From Camelus ferus (lineage: Eukaryota): a stretch of 64,000 nucleotides of DNA. The notes under the pieces were generated by a model. The model saw nothing but the letters and a program-made list of their open reading frames with translations, was not told where the DNA came from and searched no databases. Numbering within the stretch: position 1 is the stretch's first letter; the number at the start of each line of letters is the position of its first letter. Shown here one piece after another: positions 25,355-38,300 of this stretch. The translations under genes were made by a program, and so were the position numbers. The stretch is from contig NC_045697.1 of the NCBI RefSeq assembly GCF_009834535.1, forward strand, positions 50,284,001 through 50,348,000. The letters run 5' to 3'.

Positions 25355-26178
25355 TTCTGTTTTGTAAATAAATTCATTTGTATCATTGTTTTAGATACCA
25401 CATATAAGTGATATCATATGATTTTTGTCTTTCTGTCTGACTTAATATGATAATCTCTAGGTCCATCCATGTCGCTGCAAATTGCATTATTTCATTCTTT
25501 TTATGGCTGAGTAATATTCCACTGTGTATATATACCATATCTTTATCCAGTCATCTGTTGATGGACATTTAGGTTGTTTCCGTGTCTTGCCTATTGTAAA
25601 TAATGCTTCAGTGAACATTGGGGTACGTATGTCTTTTCAAATTAGAGTTCTCTCTGGATAAATGCCTAAGAGTGGGAATGCAGGATCATATGGTAAGTTT
25701 ATTTTTAGGTTTATAAGGAACCTCCATACTGTTCTCCATAATGGCTGCACCAATTTACATATCCACCAACAGTGTAAGAGAGTTCCTTTTTCTCCATACC
25801 CTCCCCAGCATTTATTATTTGTAGACTTTTTAATGAAGGCCATTCTAACTGGTGTGAGGTGACACCTCCTTGTGGTTTTGATTTGCATTTATCTAATAAT
25901 TAGCAATGTTGAGCATCTTTTCATGTGCCTGTTGGCCATCTGTATGTCTTCTCTGGAGAAATATCTGTCTAGGTCTTTTGTCCATTTTTTTGATTAAGTT
26001 GTTTGTTTTTTATATTGAGCCGTACGAGCTGTTTGTATATTTTGACAATTAAGCCTTTGTCGATGGCATCATTTGCAAATATATTTTCCCATTCTGTAGG
26101 TTGTCTTTTCATTTTGTTTATGGTTTCCTGTGCAAAAGCTTTTAAGTTTAATTACATCTCATTTGTTTATTTTTGCTT
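25351..26178 (-). mobile_element. L1 fragment (ORF2 C-terminus plus partial 3' UTR; distal 3' UTR and poly(A) missing)
   Basis: ORF 25637..25888(-) encodes [58 protein letters not shown], which is L1 ORF2. Aligns by eye with the copies at 6984 and 19508. Confidence 0.92.
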
Positions 26179-28069
26179 CAGACTATTTTACCTACATTTT
26201 AAACCACTGATGCAGGAGTCTCCGTCTTTAACAGGTGATTCTTTCTCTTAAAGCTTAGCACCTACCCATTTGTAGGACCACAGAAGAAATACTCTTAACC
26301 CAGAGGTTCAGGGATGACATCTCAGCTGAGTCTTAAGGGTGAATAGAAGATAATCAGGTGAAAAGAGGTGGGGAGAGCTTTCCAGGCTATGGGCCTAAAA
26401 CAAGTACACATGTGGCTGCAGACACAAATGGTGTGGTGTGGATGTGTGGTGGAATTTTGAGGATCTCTAGAGCACCCAGTACTGTGGGGCAGTGGGGCAG
26501 GGTTGTCAAAGATGACAAAAGTGAAAGATTCTTTGCAAATTGCCTCTGTATGTGTTTCACCTTCTCCTCATGAGTTTTCCTTGTGTTACATATTGACCCA
26601 TCTATAAATCATGCTTAAATCAGAGCTTCTCCTGAATCACTGAGGAATAGTAGAATAACAGAGTCGAAGAGATGCAAATGATTTTGAAATATTCTGAATT
26701 TTCCCTTTTGCCTCTAGATAGATTGGATTTGAGATGCAAAAGAGGTTATTATTTGATGCTTATTCTTTATCTCTTAGCCCATAATAACCCAGCAGGTCAG
26801 TCAAAGCATGGTAGCAGGTGCTAGCAGACCAAGAATTCCACTGGTGATAATATCAGGTGAGTTAGCATTCTGCAGGTTCTTAACAGCTTAGCCCACGAGG
26901 TGTGGCAGGTCTGTACCTTTTCACTCCTACTGAGATTTCTCATAAGCTGGGATGCCTCAGTGATAGAGTATGTCATGCCTTCACTTGGGATTGCCTCACT
27001 GTCCCATGATCCACCTTCTGTAGTCTACAGAATTTTCCTCTTGGTGAAAAACCTTGGTTTCTTCTTAAGAACTGAAATTTATGAGCAGAGGGGCTGGTAG
27101 AAGTTGTGGTTTCATCAAGGGGAATAGGACACAACCGAAAAGCAATGGCCAGGCTTAGTTTTGTTCATTTCTTCTAACAATGCCAAGCCCAGTTGTCTTT
27201 GATCCTCAGGGAAGCATGTTTGCTTTGGACCCAGTACTTGGCCAGTAACAGTGGAGGCATTGATCTAAGTGATTCCTATCTCGGAATTTGATGAAGAGAT
27301 TAAAATTCTCCCGGCTTGGTGAGAAATGCTGTGCTTTATATATGAGGCCAACAATCATTAAATTCCCTCTGGACATTTCTGAATAGGAAGAACAGCAATT
27401 ATAGGTCTTTGTCTTTGCTTATCTACCTGATGTAAACTGGACTCTCATGCTTAGAATGCCAGCACCAAGCGCTGGACCATCAAGCGACTCTTTGCCTCAT
27501 CTTTCAGATTCTCTGAAGACATCTTGCTCCTGCTAAAAATTTTAGAATGAACATCAGTAGAAGACAAAAAGACATAAAGTTTACCCTTAATAATACCCCC
27601 AAATTATACATTTTTGTAACATTATAATTGAGTGATGCCAGCAGATGCATAATTCATGAGTTTTGCTTAGTATGTATTCATAGATAATTTTTTTATTAAC
27701 AATAAATTTATTATTCCCATAGCCTTGCACACAAGTTATTTATATAAAGATTTTTTATATTAAGCAGAACTCATGTTGCAACTAATAGAAATCTAATCCA
27801 AAATATCTTAAACTTTATAAAGAAGAGTTTATTGGCTTACATAACTAAAAACTTTAAAGGCAGATTCAGGTATCATTCATTCAGGGATGTGATAGATTTT
27901 ATTCAGAATTTCTTTATTTGCCCAGCTTCTCAAGTTTGTGGTGGTGGTAGGGAAATGTGCGGGGAGTGAGTATGTTTTTGTCAAATTCTCACCTTGGTTT
28001 TCATCACCAGTGGCTTCAGTGTATTGACTAAGAATGAATTTTCTGTATGATTTGGTTTAAGGAAGGAGA

Positions 28070-28645
28070 ATGCTAATTTTGGCAAATGGAAGAAGACTAC
28101 ATAAGTTTAAAAAGGAATGTCCTTAGGAAGCTTCAGATAGGTTAGTGTGGCTGGAATGCAAGGTTCCTATTGGGGAGTAACAATATAGGTAGACAGATGC
28201 CACATAAGAATGAGATCTGCCAGTCTTGGTAAAGGACTATAGATTTTCTTATGTCAGCAATAAGGAGTCTCTAAGCAGTGAAATATCATTAAATTTGAAG
28301 TTTAGTAAGATTATTCTATTATGAACACGGAGAGAGGATTTGACAAGGTTAAAACAGGAAGTTAGGCTTGTCCATGGTGAAATCATGATACTGGGGATCT
28401 AAAGTAAGATAGACGTAGTGGAATATAGAGAAGAGGAAAGTGTCAAATATCTTGACAGTTGAATGTTCAAGGTTTAGTTACAGATTAGAAGTTAGAAGGG
28501 AAGGAGCAGAAGAAATTAAGGGAGAGAAAACAGGTATAAAATTATTTCCAGGCTTCCAACTTGATGAACAGCAGTCCATTCAGAGATAGAGAAAACAGAA
28601 TGAGGGGTAGGTTTCTGCTGGAGCTGAGGTATGCTAAGGGACAGA
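28070..28645 (-). mobile_element. L2 LINE fragment
   Basis: 'agtgtggctggaatgcaagg...ggtaaaggactatagatttt...aaatttgaagtttagtaagattattct...ttccaggcttccaacttg...ccattcagagataga'. Confidence 0.7.
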
Positions 28646-31600
28646 CAGCCCAATATGGAGCATATTGTCATGCAACAAACTCAGGTGAAGGCCAGACAGC
28701 ACCATCTGGGATCAGCTCAAACGCTCACGCAGAAGCAGGAGCATGGGTACTCTTCCTCTCAGCATCCTGCTGGGAGACATGCTTGGGCTGGGGTGCAGTT
28801 GAATATCCTGTAGGGCTGGTGTCCCATGGAGGGACCCTAATCTCATGAGGCTCTTATTTTTTATTCGTACAAAGCTTGAGAGCAACTTCATGTGAGTAAC
28901 AAACATTTGGAGCAGAAGTCAGGTAGTCAGAGCCTATGTGCTAGCTATTTAAGAGTGCTGCCAAATATCAGTTTCTGAGGGTCCAAACTTTAGGGGCCTG
29001 AGTCTTTTAGAAATTTTAGGTTAAATGAAGCCCCTGGTGGCAGAGGATGCCCATAGTCCGAGACCACTTTTTGTTAGGTTACCCAAGATGAAGCCCTGAG
29101 GTCATTAGATGATTCTGCTTATCTCAATGTACATTTTCAGTAGCCATTTGTAAACATGGTCCTGTCATTGGGGAAGAGTTCTGAAGTAAGAATGTATTTT
29201 TGTAAGTTATTGGCAGATGTGCAGATAGTTAAAGTTTTTGAGGAGGATGATATTCCTCAAGGAAAATAAATTATGTTAGAAGAGAAGAGAGACAAAAGTA
29301 ATGTGGGAAAAGCTAATATTTAAGAGGGAGGGTGGAAGAAGAGGGACAGGGAAGGAATAGGCACTGGACAGATAAAAACTAGAAGAGAGGAACAGCCTGG
29401 CTGTTACATAAGACATAGTCTGCAAAATATCACTGAGATACCAGTGAGGTAAGGACTAGAGATTATCCATTGACCCACATGTCCCCCATTCTGATTCTGA
29501 ATGAGTTGTATGGTAAATGTGTACTTTTTTCTTTTTCTTTCATTTTTTCCCTTTTTTGTCCTGATAGGTTATTATTAAATGGATTCTGGTCTGTTTCATC
29601 TATGGAATCTTGGCACTGAGGAAATTAATTAATTAGAAGGTTCTTAGGGATTTTGGCAAGCATAGGTATGAAATGCCGGAAACTACTGTAGTGGGGACAC
29701 AGTAGACACCTGGCAAGGGTTCCAAAACCTTATCACATTCTACCAAGATCTTGAAAAGGCAGGATACAAAATGAAGAAAACTGCCTTTAAGAGCTAAGTT
29801 AATGACCCAATGGATTGAAACAGAAAAATATCAAATCATATGATGCAAGCTAATCAGAAGGTAGCCTGTTCATCTCAGGAAATAGGTGAAGCAGAGCGAC
29901 AGAGATAAATATTGGCAGTGCCCATCTAAACCCCTCCCAGGGGGACTGGGGCTCTTGATTTGTGAGCTTAGAGAAGCACAGCCTCACTGACATGGCCATG
30001 GTTGTTGTGAAGACAAATTCACCAGGTCATTTTTAGTATGATGAGCTTAAAACAGCCAAGCTTACCAAGCTGCAAATTATAATTTGGCTTTCCTAGGTAC
30101 CTAGTCCATTCGTTCGGCAGAGTGACACTGTGAAAGAAATGTTCTTATTTAAATTAACGCTATCACACTCACTCTTGCTTTTGGTTTTCTGGTAAAATTA
30201 GGTCTCTGAGTCTGTGAGGATAGGGATCAGAAGACGATGATGTCCGTTCCCCAAAACTCCGGCAGACAGATAGCTGGCCTCGGCAGAGCTTCTCTGCCTC
30301 ATTGCTTGCCTTAGAAAACCTGCCACTGTAACTTAAAACACATAGGTGACAGATTTTATTACAGCCCAAAACAACAAAACAAATAATAAAAACACCCAAA
30401 ATCTCATCCCACTTCTATGAAAGCCCAGCATAGTAAGTGATTGATTCCAGTTTAGGAGCTTTTGTTCACTAAAGGAGGTGGTCTTTGAGCTGCCCCTTAA
30501 ATAAGAGAAAATACTATTTCAGACAAAGATGGGGTAAGAACTACACTTCAAGTAGAAGAAATTGTGCACGTGAAGAAAATCAGAAAAGAATAATCCATGC
30601 ATTTACAAAGTGAGTCACTGAGTGAATCATTATCCAAATCTAAGGAAAAATGAACAATTCAAAGTGTACCTTAAAAAATGCATCAGTACTAGATTCCATT
30701 AATATGTAAGTTTTCCAAATAGAAAGTGATGGTCCATTTTTTGAGAAGAGCACAATACTCTAAGATCCAACTGGAATCTGGAAACACAGCTTATCTCAAT
30801 CCACTTAGAGTATTTCATATCATCAGTGCTATTGTGACTTAAATTGTGGATGGATAGAAAATGATCAATATAGTAAATCAGAATTTTTAGCTTACCCTCT
30901 TCTTGGAAGGCGGCATGTTGTTTTCACGTGGTGGGGGGTCCAGCACAGTTAGGGCTGGATAATTAGGAAAAAACAAGGGCCTCCATACCATTTCTGTAAC
31001 TGTGATTTCATTTACTAAATGAAGTTTTATAATTCTCCTTAGAAAAGGTAACTACTGCTAAGTCAAACTAAACCATTTTGGGGGAGGTGAAGGATGATAA
31101 AGGAGACATAGGAAAATATTTTACTAATTTTTTGTTATAAAACTGCACAAGTGTAAAACCTGATTTTACTTAATATTCCTAAAAGTGACAGTCGTAGTTT
31201 CCTCACTACAAGAAGGTCAAATAAATAAGACATATCCATATGAAAAACTGCAGTCTGTGTTACTGCATTTGAATTTATGTAAAAGGAAATTTTTTTAAGT
31301 TTTTTTTAACTTTAAATTATCAACTATTAAAATAACACTTAGCCAGTTATTGCTGGGGAACTCTAAACAATAGTCCGGCATTTTACTGTACATACTAATG
31401 CAATATTACAATTACTCACTTGGGTATGTATTAAAGCATTGAACTCAGTAACTCTTTAATCTGTAATCTGTAGATCTTGGTTCTCAAAAAAGTGATATGG
31501 AGTAACTTTGATTTTTTTGACTGTTGAAACTAAACAAATGACAGGTAAATTGTTTTTATTCTTCTTTAATTGATAAATGACTGTTACCTCTTCCTTGTGA

Positions 31601-32094
31601 GGTCCCGAAGTCTTTAGGTGAAAGTCTATGTGGTACACACAGACCACCAGGACACAAGAGAATCAATAAATAGGAGAGGGAGAGAGGGAGGTAAAGATTT
31701 GTTGAGAGTTTATCCAGGGAAGATTTTTGAAGCTTTATTTCAATAATAAAACCTGAATTATTTGAACTCTTTATTGATATGAAAGATGACTTTCTTTCAA
31801 GTCATGTGAGTAAAATACACCTGACTGTTTGAGATGTGAGTCCCACCTACTACTGCATAGAGCATTTGGTGCAGTTTTTCTTTAGCATAAAATGAGGCCA
31901 GATCCCTCCCCGGCCAAGAGAGGTGCATAATTATACATTGGCAGAGGCTAATTTAACAGGAAAGGTACTGGAAAAGCAATGTATCTCAATTCAGTGACAT
32001 TTACTGAGCCACACAAATTACCTATGTTTCATTACTTTTGAGTAATTAATTTCGATGCCCTGCTTGAAGTGTCACACTCCTGTTTAAGTGTATT

Positions 32095-32159
32095 TGTGAG
32101 GTGATATCTCTTTGTAGTTTTGGTTTGCATTTCTCTTAACAATTAGTGGTGTTGAGCAT
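32095..32159 (-). mobile_element. Isolated internal L1 ORF2 fragment of about 65 bp
   Basis: 'tgtgaggtgatatctctttgtagttttggtttgcatttctcttaacaattagtggtgttgagcat' aligns with 25853-25917 of the L1 in this window. Confidence 0.75.
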
Positions 32160-33717
32160 GAGGCTGCTAAAATGCAGTTTAGCATAAGCCCTCACAAAGA
32201 TTCCATGAAAAGTTGCTTTGCTTTTAATTTTTAGAGAGTGGAATTTCCTTGTGTAAAGCTTATGGGGTTATTCAGAGAGCTGGAAAATTGATGGTGATTC
32301 CTGTGTGTCAAACATTGTGCAGATGGCATATGAAATGGGGCTCACGTCTCAATAGGAACATCTGGAGATAAGAAAATAAAAGGGTATATAACTTGAGATT
32401 GGATTTTTTAACAGAACATGTGAATCACTTCACTTATAAAGTTCTTTTCTTTTCTTTTTCGATTGGTACCCTTCTACTCTAGCAAGTGGCAATGATGTAG
32501 GAAGTATTACTGTTGAACCCCAACCCCCAACCAACTCCTGAGATAATGAACAAAAGTCAAAAGAACAAAGGGGAAAAAAAGGGAGATAATGCTGTAATGC
32601 TTAACTCCCAAGCTTTTTTACTCAGAGTATAAATGGAGAAAGGAAAGCTCAGTCTAGTTCTATTGAATACTATATGGCATTAAACAGAGCAAATAGCTAA
32701 GTCAACAGCGTGCGTAACTGCTGAATCTTGTTTGTCATCTCTCACTGTCCACAGCTCAGCTCTTAGATGTCCTGGAAGTGTCCAATCTCCTAATGACTGC
32801 TTATGAAGATGATATACATCTTAAAAGTAATGTCCCCATTAAGAGGACTTATTTTGAAGGTGACTCATTTTTTCGGCCCTTCCTTTCAAAATCTCATTCT
32901 TTCTACATCACATTAGTAAGAGGACAACCCACTTCCCTGGTGACTGGTCTGCAATGATCCAACTGTTTTGTTTTCCTCCAGGCAATGTATATTTTAGACC
33001 AAATTATAAAATTTGTTGGGGGGTTTGGAAATTGTAGAAGCCCAGTAAAGGAGATATTTCTAAGCCTTTCAAATCATAACAAATTATGTATATATTAAAA
33101 CAACTACATAAATAAAAGAACTTTATTTGGGTATTCGGATTGCATGCTTTTGAAAGGTCTCAAATTTGTTAATCTTTTAGGTAGCATGAAAGGCTGCTGT
33201 AAGTTGTTTTTTTTTTTTTTAAGTTAGCATAGTACTGTGATTCTCCAGCTGATGGATAGACTCAAAGTGTAGTTACCTTAATGTATTTTTTAGTCACTGT
33301 TGAATCTCTGCCTAATTTCCATGATTATTGACTCTAAATTCCAATACTAGTTGATATGGTCTTAGGGAATTTAAGCTAATTTTAATGTTCATTCAAGCAA
33401 AACAGAATTATGCAGATATTCTATTGGAAAAAAAACGCCCTTGGTGCATTATAAAACCAAATTGTGAATTCTAATTGTCATGATTTGGGATTTAATGTGC
33501 ACCACCGCTGGCCTCTATTAGCGGATACTTAAAAACTTCATAGAAAATGAAAACCACATGTGTTGTTCACATGAAAATGATACAACGTGTGTGCTTCTGA
33601 AATTATAGTGAAGACAACTGGCAATAAATTCAGGTTTGGAGAGCTCACACAAAAAACACCATCGCAAGATCATACTTATAAAGATTTCCCATGTAGAGGG
33701 TAAAACCCGTTAAGCAG

Positions 33718-34157
33718 GTATTGAATTGTGTCTCCCTACAAATTCATATGTTGAAGTCCCAATCCCTACTACCTCAGAATGCGGTTTTATTTGGCAATAA
33801 GGTCATTCTAGATGTAATGAGTTAAGTTAGGATGAGGTCATACCACAGTAGGGGGGGGTCCCTAATCCAGTATGACTTATAAAGAGTAAAAGTTTGGAGG
33901 CAGACACACTCACAGGGCAGAATATACGTGAAGATGAAGGTAGGGATCGGGGTGATAAAACCAAAGCTAAGGACTGTCAGAAGTTCCCAGGGAATCACCA
34001 GCATGGGACAGATTCTCCCTCGTGGTGCTCAGAGGAAACAGCCCTACCGACATCTTGATTTTGGATTTAGAACTGTGAGGCAATACATTTCTATTGTTTT
34101 AATAGAACCTTAACAATTTGTAGTACTTCATTATGGCAGTCCTAGCAAACTAATACA
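33718..34157 (+). mobile_element. MaLR solo LTR (MLT1B/C-like)
   Basis: 'tgaattgtgtctccc..caaattcatatgttgaagtcc...cctcagaatg...gatgaggtcatac...cctaatccagtatgact...cagattctccctc...ggcagtcctagcaaactaataca', with the canonical ...CA end. Confidence 0.9.
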
Positions 34158-34755
34158 GCATGCTTTTGAAATTAAAGACTAACCCCTACATCTTCTGAAA
34201 AGAGTTGAGACAGTTTTCATCGTCTTCTCTGCGTCAATGTGGCTACCCCTTTAAATCAGGGGTCTCTATGTGTGCCATGAGGAGTCACGTGACTCTTCTG
34301 AAAAGCGTCATGAAATCCAGCTGTCTTCAGGCATGTGCGTTTCTTGTGAGCTAGAAAATGCAGTAAGGGAAAGTGTTATGCCAATAGCTTCCAGTGTCCT
34401 AGGACTAGCGGCCTCTGGCCATAATGCTGAACTTGAACTTGGATGATTTTTATAGCACAATCCTTCTCTGTGGCTTACAGGCATTTGAATTCAAAATCTT
34501 GAACAGGGCAAGAATTTTATAAGTATGGGACATGAAGAAGAAGTTGTATAATGAGAAATAAATAACAGGCTGCTAAAGTATCTTTACTCCTAACACTGAA
34601 TTCCAGAAGGCAGCAAGGCAGTTTTTGCATCATTTTACTGGAAAAGGATGATGCGATCCTCACATTTAGTGTATAGTAAAATATTCATACAACTAGAATA
34701 CAAAGGTATAATGCCAATGAGAAGAAAAAATCGTGTCAAAAAGGTGTTAATGCTT

Positions 34756-35268
34756 GCAGCAGATTGTATTTTCCAATGACACGGGCGACAGTATAGCCTC
34801 TTGAATATATGTGGGATTTTGAATTGCGCGTAACCATTGAAATGCAAGGAAAGCGATGCTGCGTGAATTCTGCAGCTAAGTCATGAAAGGTGATACAGCT
34901 TCTGCCTCATAACTGGGACACTGGCCTTGGAACCCAGAGGCACAATTTCAGAAGTCTGACTCATTTGACCTGTCCATGCTGTGAGGAAGCCAGGCCACAT
35001 GGTGAAGACACTCAGAGGTATTCCAGCTCAGGGTCAGTGGAGAGTTCCCAACTGAGCTGACAGCATGAACTGCCAGACATGACTTCCAGTGATTCCAGCC
35101 CTCGGCCTTGCGGTTTTCCCAGCTGAGGTTCCAGAAATGCGGAACGGAGAGAAGTCATCTACGCTGTGTCATTTTAAATTCTGAGCCATGGAATTTGTGA
35201 TCAAATAATTGTTATTTTATGATACTAAGTTTTTCAACGGTTTGTTGTGTAGTGATGGTACCTGGAAG
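34756..35268 (+). mobile_element. MaLR solo LTR (MLT1F/G-like)
   Basis: Starts 'tgcagcagattgtattttccaa'. Contains 'gccttggaacccag', 'ccatgctgtgaggaagcc', 'actgccagacatg', 'ttcccagctgaggttccaga', 'ggtttgttgtgtagtgatggtacctggaa'. Confidence 0.8.
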
Positions 35269-36679
35269 ACTAGCTTGGTGAACATTGCTTCTTGCACAGA
35301 ACTCTGGTACATGTGCTTTGAAATGATTCTTTCGCTTTAACCTGCAGTCTTACTGCCAAGCAATATATTACTTAGGAGCTATCTAGCTATTTATTAACCT
35401 TGGAGAAAAAAATTCTGATTTATTTTTCCTTCATTTAAAAGGGGTTTCTACAATTTGCTACACTTGAGGGTCTCTCTCAAAGTCTCAATTTTTAAGATCT
35501 AACTCTTCATAGATATCCTCATGTCCTTCACTTAAGCATCGCTTCTTGCATTTTTACACACATATTATGTATTATTTACTTACTATTTTGGCATAAAACC
35601 TTTCTTTTTAATTTTCTCAGTAATATAACTTAAAATTAGACTTCTGCAAGCAGACCATTATTAATATTTTTAAGACATCTTGTATAATTTTCTCAAGTTT
35701 TCTTAATACACTAGTAGTTTAGGATTTTAGGTCTCAGTCTTCACATTGATACAACTTGGTTTAATGAAATGGCTTTGTTACTATTAAAGTCTAGAGATGT
35801 TAGGGCATTTTTACTAAAAGTGAGTTTGATTGGAACTTAGAACATGAAACATGGTGTTCACACTGGCTTTTCAATTTTTCCCTCATTATTTTATATGTAG
35901 GGCTCTACTATTAGGTAGATTTCCTCCTTAGCGCTTGAGGCATGTGACAGCATACTCAACATTTAGGAGACATTAAGAAGAAATTAGATGAAGAGGTTTG
36001 TTTTTAAGCTTTGAATTTTCTTAGCTTATGCAAGTATAGTAATTAAATAAAATTATCTTTCTTTTTGTAACCAATTTCCTGTCTATAGTGGCATATCTCG
36101 CTTATCTTAAAAGTTATACTCACTGTTCAGATTTACATTCTAGGAAGCCCAGGGGAGTCAATGGTACTATTAGGGTCATATTTTATTGCTATTTTCAGAT
36201 AACTCTAGACTTTTATTTCAGTCTCTTTACAGAATACAATGTACTAGTACAATTACATCATGTTTATGCCATTGGGGGTTCTTGAGAAAAGGTTTTATCT
36301 TTCTCACATCAACAGATTCTTCCTCAATAGGAATGGTGATTAGATCAGAAAAAAATCTCAGTTTCCAGGGGGCCAATGCCCGAACCTGATTAAAATTGTC
36401 TATGAAGATGCTGGGCTTATCAAGGATCTGAGGAGTAGTAGAGGTGATCCCATTAAGTAGATAAATCAGCAGACAGTGTATGCACAGGGATGGGCTGTTT
36501 TCTCTGTGCTGTAAGGCCAGTCTGACCTTGTGTGTAGGGCAGATCTGCTGACAGGTAGATTTTAATCTCAAGGTGGTAGATTACGGCACATTACATTTGG
36601 GTCTCTCACTCTGGTGAGCTCACACTGTTGTTTGTCATAATCTAGTTTCCTGTCATCTAAGGTTGTGAGATTCATGAGA

Positions 36680-36836
36680 GGTTTACGGGCTAGCATCTTC
36701 AGTGTCACGTGAGAGCTTGTCAGAAATGCAGAATCCTAGGCCCATCCTAGACCTTCTGAATCAGAGCCTGCATCTGAACAAGACCCCCAGGTGACCCCCC
36801 CTGCACCTGGGGATAGTAAGGTTTGACACCCCTGCT
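36680..36836. mobile_element. MER5A/MER5A1 hAT-Charlie MITE
   Basis: 'gagcttgtcagaaatgcagaatcctaggcccatcctagaccttctgaatcagagcctgcat.tgaacaagacccccaggtga'. Confidence 0.85.
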
Positions 36837-37449
36837 TTGAGACAGGGAGTCTTGGTAACTGGGCGGACACAGCAGAGCATGTTCAGAGTCTATGTGTCCA
36901 CTCCTAAGTATGTGTGGAGAGAGAACTGATGTGGGATTTTTCAGTCCTAATTAGTATTTGAGGTTATAACTGTGACGGGTGCTCAATTTATAGGCACATC
37001 AGACTAGTAGCCTCACATTTCTAAATAATTAGCAAGTGCCCTTCATTTTCATTGGTTTAAGAGAAAAAAAAAAAAGTGTAGTGCTTAAAGAGTTATATGC
37101 CAACCAAGAAATAAATATGAAAATATCAAACTCAAGAAAGGGAAATTGATGCCATGGGAGGGCTGAGTGACTCAGAGGCCAGCTCTTGGAGGAAGAGTAG
37201 CGCATTGTGCCCAGGGTGGGCTGGGGAGCCAGACTAGGCTACAGTCCCTTCGCGGCTACTCCCGAGGTCCTCTCACAGAGCGCGCTCCACTTCACTCTTG
37301 AAGCTTCAGGTTGACTGACTTATTTACTGCCTGTCTCCATTCTGAAACATAACCTTCGTGAGGAGCAGGAAATTGTCTTTTGTTTTCCATTGTCATAAGC
37401 CCTCAGTCCAGAGACTGATATCAATTCAGATTTGTTGACTCAACAAATT

Positions 37450-37635
37450 AAATCTGGCTTCCCGCTTATACTTGCTGTACAATCTTGGGTAGTTCAGGTA
37501 ACGACTGTGAGCCTTAGTTTTCCCATTAGTAAGTTAGCTAAGTGCTTCACTAGGTTATTGGGAGGACTTGATAAGATATGTATGTAAGGTCCTTAACATA
37601 GTACCTCATATAACACACATATTCAATTACTTCTA
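37450..37635 (+). mobile_element. MIR SINE, with an adjacent L2 3' end at about 37310-37450
   Basis: 'cttatacttgctgtacaatcttgggtagt...ctgtgagccttagttttcccattagtaa...ggttattgggaggacttgataagatatgtatgtaag'. Confidence 0.75.
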
Positions 37636-37689
37636 GTTTAAATCTAAGTATTCAAATTAGTTATGAAACTAAATGAAAAATGATTCTTC

Positions 37690-38300
37690 AATAATGAGAG
37701 ACAGAGTGTAAAAAGATATTTGTGATCCATATAACCAATATAAAACATCCAGAATGTACTGTAACCCTAAATTTAAAAACAAAATAATCAGTTAGCCTAA
37801 GAGAAAACCTAAATGGCTAATACACTTATAAAGAGCTGCTTAACTGGTAACTAGGGAAATGCTAGTTAAAACAATGGGATAATATTTTACACCTATCAGA
37901 TAGGCAAAAATAAAGCTACAATGCCAAGTATTGATAACAATGTAGAAAATGCAACTCATACAATGCTGTTGAGAAGATGAATTATTCCAATCAGTTTCGA
38001 GAGCAATTTAGCAATACCTGGAGATGCTGAGGATTTATAACAACCTTCACCTTGGCAATTCTTCTGGTAGGTAAGCCCATCCCCTGGAGAAATTCTTGTT
38101 CATTTGTAGGAACATACATACAAGAATTCTTTTTGCAGCATTGTTTTTAGAGTGAAAAACTAGATATAACCTGTGTGTCTATAAATGGGAAATGAATAAA
38201 GAGGGACAGTTATTACAATGGAATATTACACAACAATTAAAATCAATTAACTAGAAGAATATCAATATAAATGCATATAAAATACATGTCATTAAGCATT
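37690..38300 (+). mobile_element. Old L1M(E) ORF2 3' fragment
   Basis: 'tagggaaatgctagttaaaacaatgggataatattttacacctatcagataggcaaaaa...gagagcaatttagcaatacc...ttgcagcattgttt...acaatggaatattac'. Confidence 0.8.
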
